From: a bacterium | GTDB lineage: Bacteria > Fidelibacterota > Marinisomatia > Marinisomatales > UBA1611 | Reading direction: 5' to 3' | Assembly: GCA_038127595.1 (NCBI GenBank) | Contig: JAYPIC010000028.1 | Coordinates: 957-22,389, forward strand | Length of the DNA stretch: 21,433 nucleotides | In this document: one piece after another, positions 9,330 through 16,356 of the stretch | How positions within the stretch are numbered: the first letter of the stretch is position 1 | Layout of the letters: the number at the start of each line of letters is the position of its first letter | Program-made: the position numbers and the translations under genes | Notes under the pieces: generated by a model | Told to the model about the DNA's origin: nothing | Database searches by the model: none | What the model saw: the letters and a program-made list of their open reading frames with translations, nothing else

Positions 9330-9402
9330 CTCCGGAGGAGGGACTCGAACCCCCGACAAAGTGGTTAACAGCCACCTGCTCTACCAACTGAGCTACTCCG
9401 GA
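9330..9402 (-). tRNA. tRNA-Asn (GTT), 73 nt, CCA not encoded
   Basis: Minus strand reads TCCGGAG TA GCTCAGTTGGTAGAGC A GGTGG CTGTTAA CCACT TTGTC GGGGG TTCGAGT CCCTC CTCCGGA G: a full cloverleaf with anticodon GTT and discriminator G, followed by CTTTTTT. Confidence 0.97.
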
Positions 9403-9515
9403 ATATCAATTAATTATTTTTAAATATCAAAAAGAGAGGGAATTTAAATCGTTTTTTTTTGATTATGACATAAAACGTACATTTTTTTATATTTTTCTTT
9501 AATAAAAATTGCTAT

Positions 9516-10607
9516 CTAAATATCATAATGAAAACTCAAATTTCGTAAAATACTGTTTGGCAAATCTGGTAGGTCAGATCTTGGAATTAAAAAGGTGGTC
9601 AAGCTACTAAGATCTTCAAAAACTCTATGTTTAGTCAAAGCTTTTTTTAGATACTGAGCTCCCACTGAACCTCCTGTACCTATTTTTTTACCAATCATCC
9701 TGGTTGCTAATAAATGATGTTTATACCTCCAAGTAGTTAAAAGCTCATCTAAATCAATCAATTTACTTAAAAGCCTGTAAGGATTATGAAGTATTGCTTG
9801 GTCACGATATAGTAATATTAATAATGCTGCATGAGTTGCTTTATAGGACAATCTGAATTGACCTTCATCAATCATTTTATTAAAGACAGACTCATTAAAC
9901 AAAGAATTAAACATTTTCTCTGTAGCATTGTACTGATTAAAATAACTCTCTTTTTCAGAATCGCCTAAGACGTCATTTTCTTCAATTATTTTTTTATCAT
10001 TCAAGATCATTTTTGATACAGCAGCTTTGTATTGTTCCCAAAAATTGTAATCTTCGGATGCTAAAAAAGGGGTCCTCTCTAACCATTTCTCAATAAGAGT
10101 AAATAAAGATTCTGATTTTTCTGATTCTAAAACTTTATTTAAATCATCTTGATGTACCTTCGTTTTATAATCTTTGCCACCATAAACATGCCGACTATCT
10201 TTGCGTAATCCAATTTTATTTTCAATTTGTCTAAATTGGCCACTCTGAAACCCTGAAGCAGGCGTAAGTAAATCTCTAAACTCTAAAAAATCCATGGGCG
10301 TCATGGTTTCTAAAATTTTAATCTGATCAATTAGTAATTGAATGATTTCATTAATTCTTTGAAGCCTGCTAACTGCTATCCCAACTTGTGACTCATCTAT
10401 TACTTTTGCATGAAATACTTCAAAAATTGAATCTATTTCAAATAAAATCTGCTTAAACCATAACTCGTATACTTGATGAGTGATAATAAATAACATTTCG
10501 TCATGTGCTGTTTTACCTCTTTTTTCACTGATTAGTTTTTGAGCATTTAACAGCGCATCTAAATTCAGGTAATTACGATAATTAGGAGTGTTATTTTCCT
10601 TTTCCAC
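9516..10607 (-). CDS. kynA: Tryptophan 2,3-dioxygenase (long, animal-TDO-like form)
   Basis: HDEMLFIITHQVYELWFKQI, MTPMDFLEFRDLLTPASGFQSGQFR, WRYKH (proximal heme His), GTGGS loop. GTG start. Confidence 0.95.
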   Translation of the reverse strand: MEKENNTPNYRNYLNLDALLNAQKLISEKRGKTAHDEMLFIITHQVYELWFKQILFEIDSIFEVFHAKVIDESQVGIAVSRLQRINEIIQLLIDQIKILETMTPMDFLEFRDLLTPASGFQSGQFRQIENKIGLRKDSRHVYGGKDYKTKVHQDDLNKVLESEKSESLFTLIEKWLERTPFLASEDYNFWEQYKAAVSKMILNDKKIIEENDVLGDSEKESYFNQYNATEKMFNSLFNESVFNKMIDEGQFRLSYKATHAALLILLYRDQAILHNPYRLLSKLIDLDELLTTWRYKHHLLATRMIGKKIGTGGSVGAQYLKKALTKHRVFEDLSSLTTFLIPRSDLPDLPNSILRNLSFHYDI

Positions 10608-10623
10608 GATTAAAGGACACGGC

Positions 10624-10652
10624 GACTTTTATTAAACTGAAAGTCAATTATA
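10624..10652 (-). promoter_or_regulatory. Candidate kynA promoter -10 (TATAAT) followed by an inverted repeat GACTTT-N10-AAAGTC
   Basis: Minus strand TATAAT at 10652-10647, inverted repeat at 10645-10624, in the 49-bp gap before kynA. No convincing -35. Confidence 0.35.
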
Positions 10653-10656
10653 ATAT

Positions 10657-12519
10657 TTACATTTCCTTTTCAGCTTTAAGGGGAAGATTATCTATGAACA
10701 TTCCAGAGTCTCTTTGAACTTCACTCATGTATACAACTCCATTTTCATCATGAGGGTCATCAAAGGTTGCATGTATAGACTTTAATCCTCCTAGCCACCA
10801 TCGGCTATCTTGTATATATACTAGATCTCCTTTACTCGCATTGATAGTTTTCATATCATCTTTCGAAAATGAAACCATGTCTTTGCCTAGATCTTTCACT
10901 TTAAAATTGACTAATACAGGTTTCCCTGTAGCTTCATTGATGCTAGACCCTTTAAAAATTTTTTTGAGCTTATGAACATCAAAAACAGTTAGTCCTGTTA
11001 ACTGTTTATCAGCATTTGGTTTTGTAAAAAAAGTTACAATAACACCGACTCCTGCACACACAAATAAATTATACAGTGCACCAATATAAGAATAACCTCT
11101 ACCAGGCCTGAGTTCTATACCGTGAGAAAAAGGACTAATAAGTGATGGATACATTTGACCTAAAATCATTAAAAATGCACCAAGAATGAATGTTGCAATT
11201 ACAGCAGTCGATGTAAATCTTTTCCAAAAAATACCTAAAAATACACCTACAACCAAAGGTGGTGTGAAAGTTGAATGAAACCAACCATGCGCTTCATATA
11301 TAGATTCAAATGAATTAAAAAAGGGGACTAAGCATACCGCAATCACTTTTACAACAACTGATGCAAGCCTTGCTAATCTTAACTGTTCTTCATCTGAAGA
11401 TTTATTTTTAGTTAAAGGTCGATAGATATCATTAATAATTACTGATGATGAAGCATTTACCAACGTATCCGAAGTAGACATTAAAGCAGCACACAGGGCA
11501 GCAATTATAAAACCAAAAACCCCAGGTGAGGTTATCAAATTTGCAACAGATACAAATACATCATTTGGTGCAAGGTCAATCGGAAGAGCTCCAGGGACAG
11601 AGTTTGATATTGCTTTACCTATCCATCCTGCATTAGAAACCACAATCGCTGATATTGGTAATATTACCAATACATTAAAAGCGGCTGCCTTCCTGCCCTC
11701 ATTAACACTTCTAGCAGCCATGAATCTCATTATAAGTCCCTGATTTAAAAACAAAAATCCAATTGAACCTGCAATACCATCTTGCCAAAATATTCCAACA
11801 AAATTAAAATCTGGAGGCGAATTAAAATTAGCTAAAGGTAGTTTTTCAGCAGGTGTTAGATTATCCCACAAGGCTTTAAGACCTGAAGCATATGAAGTAT
11901 TCTCAACTAAAAAATTCAATCCAAGGGTAAATAAAAGTAGTCCAGCAAAAATCAATATAAAACCTTGAATTAAGTCAGTAAAAATGACTGATGTTTGACC
12001 CCCAAAATGCATATATATAGTAGTTGCAATAGCAATCAGTACCACCGTTAACATAAGAGGTATTCCATATATTTTATATAAGGCAGTAGCTAAAGTAAGA
12101 AACTGAATTGCGATGTATCCTATCATATACATTAAGATCATAAATGTAGCAATGTACCTTGCTTCTCTGCTGAACCTTTTCTCAAAATATTCTGGAATTG
12201 AACCCAGTTTCATGTAATATATTATCGGAAGCCAGCCAAATAGAAACAAGGGCATAAAAAACCAATCGTTCATATATGTCATTGTAGACGAAAAGCCATA
12301 CTGGTATGCTTTAGTTGAATATTTAACAAAACTATGCGAACCAATGCCAGTGGCCACAATTGAAATTGTGATTAACCACCAAGCAAACCTTCTCCCGCCA
12401 AAGAAATAATCTGATGTTGTTTTACTATACTTACCAAAATAAGCACCAAATCCCATCACAACTGCGAAGTAGGCAAGTATAACTATTCTATCAAGATTTG
12501 TTCCTAAAATATTCTCCAT
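10657..12519 (-). CDS. Sodium:solute symporter (SSS/SLC5 family) with an extra C-terminal soluble domain
   Basis: DYFFGGRRFAWW, SIPEYFEKRF, YMHFGGQTSVIFTDLIQ, NQGLIMRFMAARS, AALMSTSDT (Na2-site-like). About 13-14 TM helices, then a ~120-aa hydrophilic tail. Confidence 0.93.
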   Translation of the reverse strand: MENILGTNLDRIVILAYFAVVMGFGAYFGKYSKTTSDYFFGGRRFAWWLITISIVATGIGSHSFVKYSTKAYQYGFSSTMTYMNDWFFMPLFLFGWLPIIYYMKLGSIPEYFEKRFSREARYIATFMILMYMIGYIAIQFLTLATALYKIYGIPLMLTVVLIAIATTIYMHFGGQTSVIFTDLIQGFILIFAGLLLFTLGLNFLVENTSYASGLKALWDNLTPAEKLPLANFNSPPDFNFVGIFWQDGIAGSIGFLFLNQGLIMRFMAARSVNEGRKAAAFNVLVILPISAIVVSNAGWIGKAISNSVPGALPIDLAPNDVFVSVANLITSPGVFGFIIAALCAALMSTSDTLVNASSSVIINDIYRPLTKNKSSDEEQLRLARLASVVVKVIAVCLVPFFNSFESIYEAHGWFHSTFTPPLVVGVFLGIFWKRFTSTAVIATFILGAFLMILGQMYPSLISPFSHGIELRPGRGYSYIGALYNLFVCAGVGVIVTFFTKPNADKQLTGLTVFDVHKLKKIFKGSSINEATGKPVLVNFKVKDLGKDMVSFSKDDMKTINASKGDLVYIQDSRWWLGGLKSIHATFDDPHDENGVVYMSEVQRDSGMFIDNLPLKAEKEM

Positions 12520-12731
12520 TAACTACTCCCAATTGCCAGATAAATAAAAAAAGCATGAATGAAAGCATAAAAGAAATATCCATAAAATAATACCCATATC
12601 CATTTTTTATGGGTTTCATAAGATGCTCTTAAAGCACCGGTTTTATAAATCAGAAAAGTACCAAGCAAAAATGCAATACCCCCTACACCGTACAAATAAA
12701 AAAATGGCAACCAAGTTTGATAAAAGTTCAT
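12519..12731 (-). CDS. Small two-TM membrane protein, likely accessory subunit of the symporter
   Basis: 70 aa with two aromatic-rich hydrophobic helices. Its stop overlaps the symporter start (TAATG, with GGGAG just upstream) and its start overlaps the HIT stop (ATGA). Confidence 0.75.
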   Translation of the reverse strand: MNFYQTWLPFFYLYGVGGIAFLLGTFLIYKTGALRASYETHKKWIWVLFYGYFFYAFIHAFFIYLAIGSS

Positions 12732-13225
12732 GATGAAAGTTCCAAATTATTAAAGGAAAGTTTTAAATCAGAATATGTGTCAGCCAAGCCCTGAACATGG
12801 ACCTTCGTATTGCCAACTACTGGCATAAAATTAGTATCCCCTCTCCACCTTGGAATGATATGATAATGTAAATGCTCAGCTATACCAGCACCTGCTGAAG
12901 CACCTATATTAGCACCAAAATTAAATCCCTCAGCATTTAATTTTTCCCTTATAATCTTCATAGATTGAGAAGATACCTTCATTATTTCAAGCAAAACTTC
13001 CTCACCTAATTCTTCAGGTTTATCAACAATTTCATTAGGAATAACTAATAAATGCCCATTGTTATATGGATAAAGATTCATGCAAACAAAAGAATGCTTT
13101 CCTCGAAAAAGAATCATATTCTCTTCATCTTCACCACTTTCTAACTTTTTAGAGAATGTATTGCTCGAGTCCTTTTTGGGGGCTCGCACATATTCCATAC
13201 GCCATGGCGCCCACATATTATCCAA
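12728..13225 (-). CDS. HIT-family protein (Fhit/Ap4A phosphorylase-hydrolase type)
   Basis: WAPWRMEY N-terminus, MNLYPYNNGHLLVIP, GFNFGANIGASAGAGI, histidine triad HLHYHIIPRW, GDTNFMPV. Confidence 0.92.
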   Translation of the reverse strand: MDNMWAPWRMEYVRAPKKDSSNTFSKKLESGEDEENMILFRGKHSFVCMNLYPYNNGHLLVIPNEIVDKPEELGEEVLLEIMKVSSQSMKIIREKLNAEGFNFGANIGASAGAGIAEHLHYHIIPRWRGDTNFMPVVGNTKVHVQGLADTYSDLKLSFNNLELSS

Positions 13226-13305
13226 AACAATGCCTTTTTAATTTTATATAATTCATTATCAATAAGTCTCTAAAAAGTTTAACTAAATATATGTAATAGT
13301 ACTAA

Positions 13306-13566
13306 TTAAAGTTCTAACCTAGTTGCGTCATTAATGTATTTACGTAGAGCAGGGACAATGTAAAAACCCTCTAGGTCGTAATCTTTAAAACAACTTGCAA
13401 GAGTATTTAATCGCTGTTCTATTGGTTTCATATTGTTAATTACAATAACTTTTTTTTCATTAACGATACAACTACCCCCAGAAAAGTCACCTTTCCCTTT
13501 CATGATTTTTACATCTAATTTTTCAGCTAGAGAATGGAATTCTTCTAATAGTTCTTTATTTTTCAA
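13306..13566 (-). CDS. Small hypothetical protein, ImmA/IrrE-like fold without the HEXXH motif
   Basis: TTG start directly abuts the manC stop. Sequence LAEKLDVKI...GGSCIVNEKKVIVINN...QRLNTLASCF...FYIVPALRKYI. Confidence 0.7.
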   Translation of the reverse strand: MKNKELLEEFHSLAEKLDVKIMKGKGDFSGGSCIVNEKKVIVINNMKPIEQRLNTLASCFKDYDLEGFYIVPALRKYINDATRLEL

Positions 13567-14619
13567 TTATAGCAAATCCTTAAAATTTTTTTTATCAATC
13601 CAACTAACCAGGTCTTTAACTTTTTCAACTTTATCTCTTGGTACAACTAACGTAGCATCGTTTGTGTTCACAACAACAATATTATCTAAACCGATGACCG
13701 CTGTGAACTTTTCATTAGACTGAATAAAATTATTCTCCCCATCCAAAACTGTCCCTAATCCTCTAATTACGTTGTCATTTTCTTTTTTAGAAAATATCTC
13801 ATATAAAGCATCCCATGAGCCAAGGTCGTTCCACTCAAATTGAGCAGGAATGACAAATATATTATCTGCTTTTTCCATTAAGCCGTAATCAATACTCTCT
13901 GGCAGAATAGTTTCCCAAATATCATCAAAAGAATCTGAATTTTCAATTCGTTGTCCTATATCTTTCATCGCCTCATGTAATTCAGGCATATATTTTTTTA
14001 AGGAGGATAAAAGGCTATTTGTTCTCCAAACAAAAATACCCGCGTTCCACAAAAAATCTCCGCTTTTAATAAACCTTTTTGCTAATGTTACATGAGGCTT
14101 TTCAGCAAAAGTTTTTACATGGTATCCATCTTTATTTTTCGTCCCTGGCTCATACTGTATGTATCCATATGCAGTGCTTGGATAATTTGGCTTTATACCT
14201 ATTGTAACTAGGTTTTCTTCTTTTTTAACTAAACTAAAAGCATCATTTAATGATTTTTCAAAATGATTGTGACCTACAATTAGATGATCAGCTGGGAAAA
14301 CGCCCATAATAGCATTTTTATTTTTCATGTAAATCTTTTGCGCAACCAAAGCAATAGCTGGAGCGGTATTTTTCGGACTGGGCTCTACAATTATATTTTC
14401 ACTTTTTATATGTTTAATTGTTTTTAGTATAGCATCATAAAGTTCTTTTTTAGTAATAATATATATTTCTGACGTCGATTTTAACTTTCTTAATCGATCA
14501 ATGGTTATTTGAAGCATTGTCTTATCGCCAACTATTTTTAACAATTGCTTGGGATTATCTTTTCTACTCAATGGCCAAAATCGAGTCCCACTACCACCAG
14601 CTAAGATTACACAATGCAT
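13567..14619 (-). CDS. manC: Mannose-1-phosphate guanylyltransferase (monofunctional, no PMI cupin)
   Basis: VILAGGSGTRFWPLSR..PKQLL, EPSPKNTAPAI, PADH, YGYIQ, FAEKP, WNAGIF, SIDYGLMEKA, WNDLGSW. Confidence 0.95.
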   Translation of the reverse strand: MHCVILAGGSGTRFWPLSRKDNPKQLLKIVGDKTMLQITIDRLRKLKSTSEIYIITKKELYDAILKTIKHIKSENIIVEPSPKNTAPAIALVAQKIYMKNKNAIMGVFPADHLIVGHNHFEKSLNDAFSLVKKEENLVTIGIKPNYPSTAYGYIQYEPGTKNKDGYHVKTFAEKPHVTLAKRFIKSGDFLWNAGIFVWRTNSLLSSLKKYMPELHEAMKDIGQRIENSDSFDDIWETILPESIDYGLMEKADNIFVIPAQFEWNDLGSWDALYEIFSKKENDNVIRGLGTVLDGENNFIQSNEKFTAVIGLDNIVVVNTNDATLVVPRDKVEKVKDLVSWIDKKNFKDLL

Positions 14620-16299
14620 CTAAAAACTATTGAGTTTAATATTTGTTATTTCCATATCCCAATTACTCCTTATCGATATCGTGTCAGGAATGATTTCAAA
14701 CCATTCTGAAGATTGATAAGGACTAAGACTGCCATGAGAATAATAATCATTTTCATCTCTATCATTGTAAAACATCAGAGAATAGATCCCTTCTGGTATT
14801 TTATTAATTTTAAAAGACGAATTAGAATTTACAAATACATCTAGGAAATATTGTTCTTTTTCTAGAGAGGATAACCTCGCAACCAAAGGCTCATTATGCT
14901 TTTCAATTAAATTACCCGTGAGACTGCCAAACTTTCTAAATGGTGAAGTTTTGATGTTTAAAATCAAAAGTGAATCTTTAATGCCACGAGAATTTGCCAT
15001 TTTCAACTTATCTCTCATAACAAACAGATTATAATCAGTATTTGGGATCCAATTTGTCTTTGGAATGACTCGATAGTGCATAGGGCTTAAGCTTTCTAGA
15101 TTAAAATCAATAATAACAGAATCTTTTTTTAATGTTAAAGCGCTATCCATAATAACATTGTACAGCACTTTAGAAAATGAAAAATCAAAAGGTCTTATTT
15201 TGTCCTCTTCAATTTCTAAATTATTCACTTTTTCAATATCATTAATATTTAGATACGAAGTATCAATATCAGATTTTGTCTTTGCTGAAATCAAAGCAGA
15301 ATCAATAATTGAGTATTCAGCGTTATCTCTAGGAACTACGTTGATTACTGTGTTTAAACCTGGCTTAAGTGAATCCTTAACGAAAAAGTGCAAAGTGTTT
15401 TTTTCAATATTATCAACAAATAAGTCAGGTAGAATTCTTTCTTCACCACTAGTAATCTCAATGGTTACATAGTCTAACTTTTCACTTATCGGTGCGTCAA
15501 AATTTATTTCCCCTCGCCTACTATTTATCCATTTCCCATTAACGACCCTGATATATTTAGACACTCTAGGGATTAAGATGTTTACATCTTTTTTAAATGT
15601 ACTCGCTGAATCTATTTTAATGACATCAGTAGACGAAATCCCATAAATTGAATAGTTTGGCTCTAAGCGCTCATTCAATTTGGACCTATTTAATCCAAGA
15701 ATCTTATAACTACCATTTGATAAATAGTTAAATGAAAAATGCCCATCCTCACTTGCATCTATAGTGTAATCAGGCTGGCGAAGAAAAAACTCTTCCGAAT
15801 CTAATGAGTCTCTTATTTTCCATAACAAAGCAGATGTTTCCTCTTTAGAAAACAACTTACCATTAATTTTAGATTTGTCAATTGTATTCCCCGTTGAAAA
15901 TGCAAGTTGAATGCCTTCAGAAAGCGAAACTCCATTTTCATCTTTTAAATTTCTATTTATTGATAATATATACGTCTGATCAATTAATAAACTATCTGGA
16001 AGTTTTACAACTAATTCTTTACCCTTATACTTTAGCTGTATAGGGTCATCAGTTTTTGGCAGAAGAGATATAGCATCAGAAATTGATCTTTCTAAAATGT
16101 ATTCAGAAAAAAATAATTGTACTATACTTTGATCAAAGTTTGTAGCCCCTGTTGCAGGAATAGAATACAATAAGATTGGTGGAGTATCATCTTTTGGGCC
16201 TCCGGATGGAGCTTGAATAGCAGCGCAAGAGAAAGCATTAAATAAATAATGAAAACATAAGAATAAAAGAAAAATCGTTTTGCTATTAAATAACTTCAT
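14620..16299 (-). CDS. Ig-like (Big_5) domain lipoprotein of the FCB-group SCA..P.GGPKD family
   Basis: Lipobox AFSC followed by AAIQAPSGGPKDDTPP; FSEYI; TYILSINRNLKDENG...LAFSTG; C-terminal GIYSLMFYNDRDENDYYSHGSLSPYQSSE...IRSNWD. Confidence 0.8.
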   Translation of the reverse strand: MKLFNSKTIFLLFLCFHYLFNAFSCAAIQAPSGGPKDDTPPILLYSIPATGATNFDQSIVQLFFSEYILERSISDAISLLPKTDDPIQLKYKGKELVVKLPDSLLIDQTYILSINRNLKDENGVSLSEGIQLAFSTGNTIDKSKINGKLFSKEETSALLWKIRDSLDSEEFFLRQPDYTIDASEDGHFSFNYLSNGSYKILGLNRSKLNERLEPNYSIYGISSTDVIKIDSASTFKKDVNILIPRVSKYIRVVNGKWINSRRGEINFDAPISEKLDYVTIEITSGEERILPDLFVDNIEKNTLHFFVKDSLKPGLNTVINVVPRDNAEYSIIDSALISAKTKSDIDTSYLNINDIEKVNNLEIEEDKIRPFDFSFSKVLYNVIMDSALTLKKDSVIIDFNLESLSPMHYRVIPKTNWIPNTDYNLFVMRDKLKMANSRGIKDSLLILNIKTSPFRKFGSLTGNLIEKHNEPLVARLSSLEKEQYFLDVFVNSNSSFKINKIPEGIYSLMFYNDRDENDYYSHGSLSPYQSSEWFEIIPDTISIRSNWDMEITNIKLNSF

Positions 16300-16356
16300 T
16301 AATATTGGGATATCATAATTTAAAGGTGTCTGACTTTAAGTCTAAAGTATTCTAAT

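Noticed and set aside
9313..9387. N-terminal extension MVEQVAVNHFVGGSSPSSGA... of the 738-aa ORF
   Set aside because: It is the translation of tRNA-Asn. The real ptrB start is downstream, most likely TTG 9312.
9330..9402. tRNA-Asn as an integration site for a genomic island
   Set aside because: No integrase, no duplicated tRNA 3' end that I could find, and no obvious compositional shift in the flanks.
5657..15472. Antisense ORFs 5657..5890(+), 13433..13723(+) and 15158..15472(+)
   Set aside because: They lie opposite strongly supported genes and show the Ser/Phe/Leu-rich composition typical of antisense frames.
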